Shown: piece by piece, positions 48,649 to 61,107 of the stretch | How positions within the stretch are numbered: position 1 is the first letter of the stretch | Layout: each line of letters begins with the position of its first letter | Source of the DNA: Picochlorum sp. SENEW3 | Lineage: Eukaryota | Assembly (NCBI GenBank): GCA_034226945.1 | Contig: CP120461.1 | Coordinates: forward strand, 372,001 to 436,000 | Direction of reading: 5' to 3' | Length of the DNA stretch: 64,000 bases | Position numbers and translations under genes: made by a program | Notes under the pieces: model-generated | Told to the model about the DNA's origin: nothing | Seen by the model: the letters and a program-made list of their open reading frames with translations, nothing else | Database searches by the model: none

Positions 48649-51499
48649 ATGAGTAATAATAGCAATACACCGGGAAAAGGCAACGAGAATGTCTCATTCC
48701 TTGGCAGGCTATTTCAGTTTGCGTCGAGCAAAAGTCCTGACTCGTCTTTTGCTTTGGCCAACAAGACTGACTTGTTGCCCAGTGGGGTTCAGAGGGCGGA
48801 CGATGCCCTTTTGAATGATCAAGAGGCGCTTTTGAATGAAATAACTGATGAATATTTCAATGATGGATTTGATGCGGTGCATTTTGAGTTGCAAAATATG
48901 GGAGTTGATGTTGAGTCTGAAGAGTTGGCTCAGCTTGCTGAACGAAGAAGTTCTGCCCTGGACATTATCCATGATACGCTGAGTTCTAATATTCTAAAGG
49001 AATATGATAACTTTCATAATGCTTTGAATGGTATATCTCGATTGCAAGAGGTGCTGGGGGCTGCCAAGGTGCAGGCCAAGGTGTCAAGAGAAAATTTGTC
49101 CAGGGCCTCATTGGAAGTCAAGCATGGGATTGCTGTTTGGAAGAATGCTCAGAAAAAGAAGAGTATATCTAGCACTTTGGATATCTTGAAAAAGTTGCAG
49201 AGCGCGCGACGTATTTTGGAGAAGAGCAGGGAAAACATGGATAACGAAAACTATGGAATAGCTGTTCAGGAATGCGGGGCATGTGGGGATGTGTTATCAG
49301 AGTTGCTGCCACTGGGAATCCAAGCCGCGGATTTGGTATCTAGGGATGCAAATGATCTTTTATGCGACATTGCTGAACAAATGTACGAGACAGCCTTGTC
49401 CATGACGACGCAGTTTGATGCTGTAAGGTACTCCAGTCTACTGGAAGGGTATTCGTACATAACAGATAGTAGTAGAGTGGTTGGGGGAGGCGAATTATCT
49501 CCCACTCAAGAAGTTATATCGGCATATACGAGCTCACCGTATGCCAAGGTGAAGAAGGTTATTGCTAGTGTGCTGTATAGCAAGTTGGATGGGCAGGCAG
49601 TATCAAGTGATTCGAGTCTCATGGATTTGCTTGCGCATCTGCCGGCGGATTCTTTTAGAGTTTGTATTCAACAAGTTCTCAAGGTTGAATTCGATATAAT
49701 GTGTTCGTTTTATTCTCTGGAGCAGTGGCATAGTCGGAATAATTGTGCTTCAGGTAAGGATGATTTGAACCATGCAGAAAGGATGATGGGGGGGATCAGA
49801 GAAGCGTTACCAAGAGGCAAGCGACTTGTTTGGAATGAAATTAGTGGTTCTTTGATGAATGTGCTACAGGCGGTGAAGTTGGGTCACGGGGAGAACTTTA
49901 TCGTGGTGTCTAAATGGGTGAATACATTTTTGAACATTGGCCACGCCTTCTCAGGGGAGAATCCAGAAGCGCTCCAGGCGATTCTAAGTCAGCAAGCATT
50001 GAGGTTCTTCAAGGGACATCATTTGAATTCAATTGAAGCTCTCCAGATTGTGCTTGAGAGGGAAACATACAAGGTGATTGATATCGAACTGCCCTGGCTT
50101 CAAGAGAATGGATCTGCAGTGTTTGTGAAAGACTACACTGATATCTCCGATGAGGCACTAGATGATTTGATGACTCAAAGTAACCCATGGAATACAGATA
50201 GCGAAGGTACGCCTCATCTTTTTTTCTAAATAGTGTGATGTATGATGCTATTGTAGTTTTGAGTGTGATGCAGATGTGCTTGACATGCTGTCACATGTAA
50301 AGGCAGCTTTTCGTCAGAAAAGTGTCGTTTTAGGCAATGGAAAATCGCTCAATACAATAAATTCATTGTGGAGGCTTATTAAATGGATGATGGAATACGT
50401 GTCTCTCATGAAGGATTTGCCATCTGCCACCCCAGCAATAGCAACAGGGCTCACAGAGTTGGTCGACATTTTCATCCTACATGTGTACTCGACATTTGTT
50501 GGTCATACAAATACGAGAGGAACAGTATACAGCTCCGAGTCGCTGGATGAATACATCCATTTTATGAGGGAGACAAGCTTGGGAAAGTACAAATCTTTGT
50601 TTCAATCATCTAGCCCTGAATCTGCATTGGTAGGTATCCTATCCCATGATAAACCAGTCAAAAATTCAGACAAATTTTCTCAGGCGTCGTCAATCAGTAA
50701 TTCTGGTAATCTATATGGATTTGTGGAGCGCATAATCACATGCAATTCTCTGAGAGAGCTGGGAGAATTCCTCAAGCAGCTTGGCAGTCTTTTAGGAAAT
50801 TTCTCGTCAGCGTCCTCTGTAGATCTGGAAAAGTGTCAATACCATTTTTCAAGGGTATCAAGCATTTTACCTGACGTGATCAGGGCCCTTCAGGGATCCT
50901 GCTGTTGCTTGTTGTTACCACTGACCTGGTTGCCAGTGGCAGTGAGCCAAGGTCTCTACCTTCCGAGCGAACCTCCATCGATAGCGAGCGGGTGGACTGA
51001 TACATTAGCACGCCAACTTCAACTTTTATCCGCGCAACTAGAGTCCGTGCAAAGAAGCCCACCTGAAGCTGCATTAGAGATGTGGTCTTTTGTGTTCCCA
51101 GCAGTCTCCAGAGCCATTGTTGAAGGTCTATCTCAGGTCAAAAAGTGCACATTGGAAGGCAGAGCAGCAATGTCATTAGATCTACAAGCTGTTTCAAAAA
51201 TACTGAACAAAATAAAACCATCGCACAATGCAGATGTCGCAGATTCCACAATCTGTTCTCTGATTGATGCACAGAGAGAGGCTGCCATTCGCTCCATTGA
51301 TGATTACATCAAGGGCTTTTACGTCCCACTCACAGACCTCCATACGTGGGCAGAGGCGCATCCGTCCTACTCCATCCCTCAGGTACTCGCACTGGCATCG
51401 TGCATTGCAGAAAGCAGCGGGATGAAGAAGAAGGACATTGCTGCAGCCATAGAAGAAGTGGAGGGCCACCTCATCAAGCAATCCAAGGGGAGAAAATGA
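48649..51499 (+). CDS. VPS50: Syndetin / VPS50 (EARP complex); exons 48649-50206, 50274-51499
   Basis: Vps54_N-like start (YF...FDAV.FEL); C-terminal GLSQVKKCT.EGRAAMSLDLQ, DYIKGFY, W...HP.YS..Q. Confidence 0.88.
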
Positions 51500-51619
51500 T
51501 ACATAAAGAATGACTTTTACATAGATGCTATCCTTTTGCTGAATTATATAATATAGATCCACTCACAACTACCAAAAGCCATCTGCTACACAATTGAAAA
51601 ACACTGACATCCATACTCC

Positions 51620-52114
51620 TTACAATCCAGAGCGTCCCCACACCACAAGGGACAGAGAAAAAGTGAACATAGCAGCAGTGGCAGCCCATCCAATCTGGAC
51701 AATCAATGGCTCTCCCTCTGCCACCATCATGGCTTCCTGGGCAGCCTGAGCAGCTGGGGTGGTGGCCACAGCAGTGAGGGCAGACAGGGCAGCGGTTCCC
51801 ACGGCAACCTTCTGCACATGAACAGATTCAATTAATATTTCAATCAATCGTACTGACAGCATCGTCCTAGGACAGATCGTGACAAAACTACCCAGACAAG
51901 GCACCACATGGGGCCAACAGAACAATGTCACGCCCATATCACCCACAATGGCTGGTACACGGGATGAATTCTAATCCAAGTTGTAACATCATCGTACCTG
52001 GCACATATCGTTGGTGTTTGCGCTTGCACGCACAACAACGGAGCGTCTGCTGCGCTGCACACTGACAGACACTGGAGCACGCACAGCGGCAGTTTTGGTG
52101 GCTACGGTCATCAT
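51620..52114 (-). CDS. PETN: Nuclear-encoded cytochrome b6f subunit PetN; exons 52114-51998, 51811-51620
   Basis: Mature [25 protein letters not shown] behind a bipartite transit peptide; phase-0 intron. Confidence 0.96.
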
Positions 52115-52475
52115 CTTGACTAATGTATCAAATGGAGCAAGTCTGTAAGGAAAATATTGACGAAATATTCTTCATCGCGTGCACGTGTTGATGGCTTATC
52201 TCGTTGCCGTGGCTATGAATTCGCAGCTCCTATGGATCCTATCAAATGATGCGTTTGATGGGCACGTAGTGATAGAAGAACGATGCTTAGATAAGGTCGG
52301 TCACGGGATGCCTTTATTGGTTGGGACATGGCAAAGAGCGAGGCATGGAGGACGGTTCTTTTTCTTCATCGTCCATCGGCATGCATGCGTCATTGAAATT
52401 TTCAAAAGATACTTCTAACCAGTATGAATTACTGTGTGGTTTTATGGGGCGGTTCCGAGGCGGAAGAGAAGAAGA

Positions 52476-53837
52476 ATGGTTTCTGTGTCAGCAGCAAGAG
52501 GGACTGAAGAGCCTTGTTCTTGCTCTCACTGTGGAACCCTTGTTATTCTGGACGTTCCTGTCGGAAGTGCTGTAGGGGTTGACCAATATGTATATACAGT
52601 TGGAGAGTCGTTCAAAGGAATAAAGCATGTGCCTCATGGGACACATGTTGTGTCATATGCAGCATATGACCCTATTGGATCCAGGTTTGGGCCTGTTACG
52701 GCCATGTTTGTGGAGGTTCCAAAGGTGGAGCGGTTTGATGACGACAGATGCGCTGGTATGGATCATGATACTGCGTGGATGGTTGATAGCGCATTGCATG
52801 GGCCTGTGTTGGGTTGGAAATGGAATGGTCAGGAGGAGATACTGGAGCGCATCAAAGAGGATTCCCCAGATATGGCAAGAGTTGAGGGGATGGTTCGTGA
52901 ACTGCGATGGGATAGAGAGTTGGGGTCATATGTAACTATGCATGCGGTGCGGGGACAGGAAGGGCCGACAGTATCGTGGAGAGCGCATGAGGAATGGATG
53001 GGCCTGTCCGGCTACATTGACAGTCGTGTGTTGAAGAGAGTAGCTCCTACAGGGGGAAATGTGTGCATCATTGCTGAAGGGGACCATACACTCCTTCGCC
53101 AAGATGGAAAGCATATAAAGACAGAGGCTGAGGTTGCGTTGGATGAGCAGTTGAAGGACTCCACTGTAGAGATGTCTCACAGTGGGGCCTCACATGCAGG
53201 TCGGTGTCACTTCACTCCTGTTCCACAACTGATTAAAAATGCCAATTTGAGTCCTGAGGATTTGACAGCATGGAATATGGACAAGTCAAAAGCATTAGAT
53301 GCCCTTCTGAAGGATCATTTTGGCAATGATGAGTCGCTCTTCTTGGGTGAGTTTCAATTCTCTTTCATCTCCTTTCTTCTTGGGCACTCTATTGAAGGGT
53401 TTTTACAGTGGAAACATATTCTTGTGCTGCTTTTCAGTTGCGAAGAAGCCGTCACGTGTGGGAGGAAACTTTTATTTAAAAATGCGTTACGCATCATATA
53501 CGACCAACTTTCGTTCAGTTTTCATAAGAGGAGTAGCAAGAGCGTTCGGCACAATAATGATCTCGGACCATCTGTCAACAATGCTGGAGGAGATGCTGTT
53601 TTCGAACAACTTTTAGAAGACAGTTTCTTGAAGAAAAAGTCTGTATCATTCATACGACGCATAGAATCGGAAAGCGATGCCTTTGATCCGGACCTGTATT
53701 CACTGGTTGTCAGCCTGGGCCGACTGATATCATCCTCACTCTCTTGGGAATGCGGTCCAGTACAAGATGTGGGGATATCCGCACTCTTGGATGATGAAGA
53801 TGGTCCAGTTATTGTCAATATAGATGAATTTTTATGA
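52476..53837 (+). CDS. AAR2: U5 snRNP assembly factor AAR2
   Basis: LDVP.G..VG.D...Y.VG..FKGIK.VP.G.H, MDKS..L, LGEFQFSFI.FL.G.S.EGF.QWK. Confidence 0.93.
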   Translation: MVSVSAARGTEEPCSCSHCGTLVILDVPVGSAVGVDQYVYTVGESFKGIKHVPHGTHVVSYAAYDPIGSRFGPVTAMFVEVPKVERFDDDRCAGMDHDTAWMVDSALHGPVLGWKWNGQEEILERIKEDSPDMARVEGMVRELRWDRELGSYVTMHAVRGQEGPTVSWRAHEEWMGLSGYIDSRVLKRVAPTGGNVCIIAEGDHTLLRQDGKHIKTEAEVALDEQLKDSTVEMSHSGASHAGRCHFTPVPQLIKNANLSPEDLTAWNMDKSKALDALLKDHFGNDESLFLGEFQFSFISFLLGHSIEGFLQWKHILVLLFSCEEAVTCGRKLLFKNALRIIYDQLSFSFHKRSSKSVRHNNDLGPSVNNAGGDAVFEQLLEDSFLKKKSVSFIRRIESESDAFDPDLYSLVVSLGRLISSSLSWECGPVQDVGISALLDDEDGPVIVNIDEFL

Positions 53838-53848
53838 TGAAAGTGTTT

Positions 53849-55057
53849 TCATCGAATAATGAGACGCATCTCCTGTGCATCCCTGGAATCCACAGTCTCT
53901 CGCTTCAATAGTGCAAGCACATCCTTGGCTGCAGCGACTCCGTCTTCAGCAGCTCCCCAATCCTCTTCTGGACACACATCCATTCTCGCAAGATAGAGTT
54001 CCACACCTTGAATGATTTCTGATTTCTGCATACCACGAGAAAAACAAAGTCATGACATCCATCTACACTACGACATGCTTCCATCCATCATGGTGCTCCA
54101 CCTACATGAGTCGGTACGCATGTACCATGCATCCCCAAAACTTTTGTCACTTCTAAAGCAGCCGCTTGTACATCTGGCTCGTGTCCATCATCGCTAATAA
54201 CCTTTGTCAAATACTCTGGCAACACATGACCAAGGGCATCCACTTCCTGTCTGTCAGCAGAAGAGTGACTCAAAGCATACTGAAGAATCTGAAGACATTT
54301 CCTGATAATTCTCTCATTAGTACTATTGTTCTCAGCACGCATCATATCGATCAATTTTGTTGCACCGTGATGCTCAGAAAAGTATTCGTGCAACTTCTGA
54401 CACCCTCGTATAAGACACGATACTGCAAGCAGTGCCTTGAGCCGACACGTATCATCATCAGAATCCAATAAATTCCAAACATGCGGCATCACATGTCCAT
54501 TGTAAAAGCTTTCCTGAACCTCTGGATTATTCTGTGCACATGTTGCTATAATCTCTGCAGCCCTCCACTGCAGTGAAGGGATGTTGCTGTCCATGACATT
54601 CAACAACGTCGATAATCCTCCAATGGTGGATAAATCTTTTGCTTGATCGATACTTTCAACTAAATCCTGCAACTCATCCAGCATAGTCTCCTTCTCTTGA
54701 ATGGAAGAACACTCCTCCCCATCCAAAGCTTCTTTGATGTCCACCATCCTCTTTCCAAGATCCACCATGGCATTCTTCAGTGCATCCTCCAGCCTACACA
54801 TTGATAGGAAATCGCATCAAAAGGCATTTCGTCATGAGAATGATACAATCTGCCATCAACATACCACTCTTTATCAGCCTGTGACAAGGCCTGTCCTTGT
54901 TGGTACGAAGACTCAGCCTCCTGATACTTCATACTCCATTCAAATAACCCTATAAGATGTATAAGACGTGAATGGATGGTCCATATGTGTATCAGACATG
55001 GAAAATCCGCGCACCTTTCCAAAATGGCATGGCTTCATTTCCGTCTTGTTCCGCCAT
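53849..55057 (-). CDS. FES1: Hsp70 nucleotide exchange factor HspBP1/Fes1; exons 55057-55015, 54949-54865, 54793-54106, 54025-53849
   Basis: W.GL..WS, WL..AL, LVESID.A.DL..IGGL, AAEIIATCAQNNPEVQ, KAL.AVSCLIR. Confidence 0.9.
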
Positions 55058-55374
55058 TGTTTAAATCTATATTGCACAATGATATTCCAAATCTACTATA
55101 TACGACTGTAATATTATATTTGAATGGGTTGATGGGCCAATGTGCAATGTTGTCTGCCACATTCTAAGGAAAATTCTAGAACCCTCCATGCAGATGACCC
55201 AACTGGAAAAGAAGACATGGAAACTTTTAATTGGATACAGGAGGCTCACAACAAGCGCTAAACTTCACCACAGCCGGCTTGTATCTGATCGTTTTGGATA
55301 TATTGATGCGTGTTTGCGACTCGTTGATATGAGCTTTTACAGCCACACTGTATTATATATATACTATGAGGCAC

Positions 55375-56616
55375 TTAATTAATGGGTAAAGGGGTCACCC
55401 AAGGAGGAATCAGTAGGTTTTCTCCAATACCCGTATAATCAAGAAGTGAGGTGATTTCTGGCAAATCTTCAAAGCAGAGGGCCTCCGCCGTGTACTCGAG
55501 ACTGAATGGAGCATCAGCACTCCAGTAAGATTCATTGGTCGTGGGGGTTGCTGAGGAACCCCCGGCAGCCACGACATCTGGCACGCAGGTCACCGTGCTA
55601 TCCGTATAGTCTTCACTTATGGTGAGGCTTGGGAAAGTAGCCAGCTGCGTGGCACCGGTTGCTGGTCCATCTACAAACAAAACTTGCAAGTCCTCCAAGT
55701 TCCCTCCAGTCTGGTAGTTGATGCGACAACTTCCACTCAAGAGTCGCCATCCGTTGGGGCAACTGGCAACAATGTCATCAATGCCACTGTTATTATAGGG
55801 AAGTCGTGATCCTGGGGCAACATCTGTAGTGCTTACTATAGGGCTGACGTTGAGCAAGTTGTTGATTGCCTCAGTTGCCGTGACACCTGTGGCGTTTTGG
55901 AAAAATATTGTACGCAATGTCCCAGCGCTGAGGAGCACCTGTCGTAATTCCAATTGATCTCTCATCTCCTTGGTGACGTTACGCAACACGGCAAGATTAG
56001 CCTCGTTTGCAGTGACGGTGGCCTCCAATGTGGCTATATCAATTTCATTGCCATCAAATGCAGTTTCAAGAGAACTAATTGTAGCATTGTTCTTAATAAT
56101 GGCTGCGGCAAGAGCAGCAAGCTCATCTCCACACTTTTTAGCAGTCTGAATAGCAATTGGTGCCAAGACACGCCCCTGATCATCTTGCATCAGTCTCCTT
56201 CTCAAGTTGCTCAGAGAAGCATCAATATCAGAGATTTGGATCACCTGGTTGATAACTGCTTCGAAAGTATCACCCACTGATGGGAATGTAACTTCATCTC
56301 GAATCCTATCCATGACGGAAAAGATTGTATTGTTCAGATCGCCGAGCAAGCCGAATTGATCATTGATAGTATTGGTATTCTCATCAGCAAGCTCTTGCAA
56401 TGTCTCGGTTCGAGCAGTATTTGCTGGGATACGTGACTGAAGAACATGGATGCGGTTTGTATTGTTTAGCACCTGAGCTTTGAGTAGAAGCGTGCTCTCA
56501 ATCAAGTCTTTCGACATCTGCTTGCCAAACCCAAGCCTTGAGCTCTCCTCTTGTCCGTAGGCGTGGTGTCCCGCGAGAACGACCAAAGCCAGGACAACGA
56601 TTGACACTCTCACCAT
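55375..56616 (-). CDS. Secreted coiled-coil protein with C-terminal four-Cys beta domain
   Basis: Signal peptide MVRVSIVVLALVVLAG, two Asn-patterned heptad blocks, RRRLMQ, ASCPNGWRLLSGSC...VTC...ALC. Confidence 0.8.
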   Translation of the reverse strand: MVRVSIVVLALVVLAGHHAYGQEESSRLGFGKQMSKDLIESTLLLKAQVLNNTNRIHVLQSRIPANTARTETLQELADENTNTINDQFGLLGDLNNTIFSVMDRIRDEVTFPSVGDTFEAVINQVIQISDIDASLSNLRRRLMQDDQGRVLAPIAIQTAKKCGDELAALAAAIIKNNATISSLETAFDGNEIDIATLEATVTANEANLAVLRNVTKEMRDQLELRQVLLSAGTLRTIFFQNATGVTATEAINNLLNVSPIVSTTDVAPGSRLPYNNSGIDDIVASCPNGWRLLSGSCRINYQTGGNLEDLQVLFVDGPATGATQLATFPSLTISEDYTDSTVTCVPDVVAAGGSSATPTTNESYWSADAPFSLEYTAEALCFEDLPEITSLLDYTGIGENLLIPPWVTPLPIN

Positions 56617-57175
56617 GATGACCGTACTTCTGCACACGAACAACGAATCGGTAATGGCCTGAGCAGTATAGTACAGGCGCGTAAGACGCGTGGTCAAAGA
56701 CCTCCGCAGCTTCTTCACCTAGTCACGTAACCAACAACCGAGCGCAAGGAACTCTTCAATGCAAACTCAAACGCACATACTTTGTGAATGAAGAATATAA
56801 ATTTGAATTATAATATCGTTTGTGCCTCTCGGAACGGCAATCTATGTTCGATACAGACGCTGCCGCAAGATGTTAACCGACTTGTTGCCTCGTTGACGTC
56901 GTTCGACCAAACAAGGATCTGAGTAATCTAGCCATTATACTGATTGGATTCTTCAATCTTGCGCAAATTTTGTTTACAAAAATACATCTATCAATTCAAA
57001 GACATTTTTGGCCCTCTTGCATCGGCTGAAAGGTATGCGTATCATGATGCAGATGAGCTTTGGGCCGTTGACCACCCCTCCGAGACTCGCGAGCCAATCG
57101 GCTTTGTATTTCTTTGCGGTACATCGATACAATGAGGTAACCACCACCCCTGAGCTTTTGAATTATTTGCAGATA

Positions 57176-57973
57176 ATGATGGCTTCTTTAATTTCCGCAC
57201 TCGCGATGGCAACGGTACTATGCCTTCACCCACGCCACCAGGTGGTTTGGGCCATGAGCGACACCGCGCCCCGGCGCATGCTATTGCAAGGAGAGGCTCG
57301 AGGAGTGATTTCTGACGTGAGGGAATGCACGAATACGTATCTTTCTATGAAAACGCTCTCGGATTCAAATAGTGAAAGGCTCACGGTCCTTGAAGCAGGC
57401 AATGCTTTGAATACAGAACAGTTGAACAATTTGACAGAGAGGATTGCCCTCACCTCTGCTGATTTGGTGAGGACATCAGTGAACATTTCCGAGATGCAAA
57501 TGACCTATAGCACATTGCTTCAGGATTTGTTGCTGTTCACGAGTGACATGCTTGGGTTGGAGAATGATGTGGTCCAGTCACAAGCTCAACTGGATGCGTT
57601 GCAGAACATTCAAACTGTGAATCAGACAACATATGACTTGAGAGTCTATTCGGCATCGCCTGGTAATGAGATTGCTTCATCTGATATCTTTGTATCTGAA
57701 GCGGCATGTCCATCTGGGTTGAGACCAATCAAGGTAGACTGCGAAATTCAGAATCTCCTCGAATCAAGCTTTGTTGATGTGTCAACAACAAATCCAATCA
57801 CTGGACCCCCATCCCAGGCTCTGTTCAGACAAGACATGGATGCATCTAGTGGAACATGTGCATACCAGGTGTACTATATTGATGCAGATGGTGTCCAGCA
57901 AGACATTGCGTATGCCTCAACAACAGTCCCGCCAATTGCTGTCACCACAACAGTCGCATGCAGGGCTGCATAA
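57176..57973 (+). CDS. Secreted coiled-coil protein related to the divergent neighbour
   Basis: Signal peptide, RRMLLQ, heptads, AACPSGLRPIKVDC...GTC...VAC. Confidence 0.8.
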   Translation: MMASLISALAMATVLCLHPRHQVVWAMSDTAPRRMLLQGEARGVISDVRECTNTYLSMKTLSDSNSERLTVLEAGNALNTEQLNNLTERIALTSADLVRTSVNISEMQMTYSTLLQDLLLFTSDMLGLENDVVQSQAQLDALQNIQTVNQTTYDLRVYSASPGNEIASSDIFVSEAACPSGLRPIKVDCEIQNLLESSFVDVSTTNPITGPPSQALFRQDMDASSGTCAYQVYYIDADGVQQDIAYASTTVPPIAVTTTVACRAA

Positions 57974-58144
57974 GTCTGCATGTGCCATATGGCTTTGATT
58001 CCGGAATGTAATATGCGATATTATCAATACATTGGTTTTTTCAAACTCTTACTACTAGTTGATACTTACAAAGCATACATCATCGTTACAAATCAGCATG
58101 ACACCTGTGAATTCATGCAAAAAAATAAATCTGCTGATATAGTC

Positions 58145-59023
58145 TTATTCCAAAATCCCCTTGACATACTCCATACCCTTCTCATACAAATCCAATTCTT
58201 TCCTAAACCTTTCAATCTCCTCCTCATCCCCTTGCACAGTGATGTCTGTTGTCTTGTCATCATCAGATGTCGTCATCTTCACCTTGAACTCCTCTGTTCT
58301 CTCTGCATTCTTCAAGTAATACGCTCCAGCTGCTGGACTAATCAGGCACATCAAATACCACCAGTTACCTCCAAATGGCGCAGCAATGCTCAAGACAAGA
58401 GCCGTGCTTGCTAGACTAATAGCCGTGTATAAAACCAGTGCTGCAGCTTGTCCCAGACTTGCTCTATAATTCCCTTCGAATACGATGACTTCTCCCGTAG
58501 ACTTGACCGTGTAGTTGTAGTTTTTAAAATAACTGAAAATTTGTCTCGCTCTGGTATCCAACGGCATGTGCCCCTCCACGGCTGGACCATCCACTTCAAA
58601 CGTCTTCCTCTTGATCTTGGCCTTTGGTGATCTCTTGATCAGGGACCACAATCCAGGCAAGGTCAACAGAAACAATCCCAGACTGACATAATAACTGGAC
58701 GCCGGTGGACTTCCAGTGACCGCATCGCTTGCGAATGCCACATCCGGTTGTATGCACAAGAGTGAAAAGAGGGCCAGAGCAGCAGTAGTGGTGTGACGTT
58801 CCTCCTGGACCTCCACAGCATGTTGCTTTTCCGCTCGAACCGCGATCCCTCCGGAGCGACGTGTAACTATGAAGATTTCTCTTTCTTTTCTTGGTGCAGA
58901 GATGGTCTTTCTTGCTGGCAAACGGTGTCCTGGCAGAGCACTCTGAACGAGGGAGAGCCTCACACCACCACACCTCACTGCAAGCATCCTTGATACCTGC
59001 ATTCTACCATATATTGCACTCAT
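58145..59023 (-). CDS. CCB1: Cofactor assembly of complex C subunit B, CCB1
   Basis: SYYVSLGLFLL.LPGLWSLIKRSPKAKIKRKTF, GEVI.FEG.Y..S..QAA.L, SP.AG.YY...A.R.EE.KVK, QGD.EEIERF..EL.L.EKGM.YVKG. Confidence 0.94.
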   Translation of the reverse strand: MSAIYGRMQVSRMLAVRCGGVRLSLVQSALPGHRLPARKTISAPRKEREIFIVTRRSGGIAVRAEKQHAVEVQEERHTTTAALALFSLLCIQPDVAFASDAVTGSPPASSYYVSLGLFLLTLPGLWSLIKRSPKAKIKRKTFEVDGPAVEGHMPLDTRARQIFSYFKNYNYTVKSTGEVIVFEGNYRASLGQAAALVLYTAISLASTALVLSIAAPFGGNWWYLMCLISPAAGAYYLKNAERTEEFKVKMTTSDDDKTTDITVQGDEEEIERFRKELDLYEKGMEYVKGILE

Positions 59024-59381
59024 AGTATACAATGTACTTTGTATATCGCGAGAATCATGCCATCCTGGGTGACATGGGCATGGTGGGTGTATGGTCGTGA
59101 CCATACCGCCAATCCTTCCCATCCAATGGCTGGCGTGATGGGAACTTGTGGATGGATTGGAGATCCTCCTGCCACCGTAGTCCATGTCACAACATAGCAC
59201 CTCCTACACCCATGCGAGACATTCATAACACAAACTAAATCCTATTTACATTACTGTATCAGCCCCGAGTTGTGGAGGCCACCTTTCTTTCGATTGTGCC
59301 CTGCCCAACATTGAACGCTCGAATTACCGTCACGGGCTCCCGCGCTGATTTGATTTACTCAATTTGACAGATATATAAACA

Positions 59382-59974
<593 letters not shown>

Positions 59975-60269
59975 GTGTCTTGTTTGTGTCTTTGCATGCA
60001 GTCTTTCGATTTCCATGTAAATCAATTCTTCTCATAGTATCACATTGTATCTCTTTATGAGATGACAGTATCTATATATGCTTCTTTCAAAAAAAAACAC
60101 AACCCATGGTACAGTAGTGCTAGGATGACGGTTGGACCATCCTAGAGTGGCTTGGATTGGGTTGCCTCGATCCAATCAATCGAGGCACGATCGTCTCCAA
60201 CAAGAGTATAAGAATTGTTCCCTATAATCATATCTCATAGGTTTATACAGAAGTATCAAGATTGTGACA

Positions 60270-60992
60270 ATGAACAGGCATGCACTCATCAGCCTGGCCC
60301 TCTGTGCCATGGGCCTCTTCTTCTCCACTGGTATGACGTAATTATTGCATTCTCATCCATATATACTATTCCTTTATCGCCTCCATATTTCTATAGGACG
60401 TTGTCAATGCACCGGAAGCGACTCATCCATTGTGGACATTGCTGTGAGCAATGAGAACTTTTCAACCTTGGTGGCTGCTGCACAGGCTGCCAACATTGTG
60501 GACACTCTCGCAGCGGACGGTCCTTTGGAAGTCTTTGCCCCAACAGACGAGGCATTTCAAAAGGCACTTGCAGCTCTTGGAATCACTGCTGACCAGCTGT
60601 TGAGTCAGACCGACCTGCTCAGAAAGATTCTTTCATATCATGTGGTTGCAGATGGAGCTGTCTGCAATGGAGCACCTGATGGCGTTTTGAATACCTTGTT
60701 ACCAGGGCAGACTCTTCAAGTCGACGGAAGCACAGTTACAGATGGTCTTGGCCAACAAGCCACAATCACCGCCACAGTGCCAGCATCCAATGGCCAGATC
60801 TTTGTCATTGATGCTGTCTTGCTCCCAGAGACGGGTGGAGCATCTCCTGCACCCGAGGTGGACGATGATGGCTGCGTCGTGGAGAAGAACAATGTGAACA
60901 CAGGATATCAGGAATTTGGTGGACCTAATGATCCAGTCAAATGCAGGGTAATCGAAAACAGTGTCAACACAGGCGTCCAGGTCTTCAATTGA
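60270..60992 (+). CDS. Secreted single fasciclin (FAS1) domain protein; exons 60270-60330, 60397-60992
   Basis: Signal-peptide exon; FSTLVAA, VFAPTDEAF, ILSYHVV, ASNGQIFVIDAVLLP. Confidence 0.92.
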
Positions 60993-61107
60993 TCAGTTCA
61001 AAACCTCTTCCTGTTTATTAAGGAAGGAGCATTCATGTCGTATGTAACACAAACCCAAACATACCGGAATAAGAATTCTATTTTCATATTTAATTACTAC
61101 TGGATAC

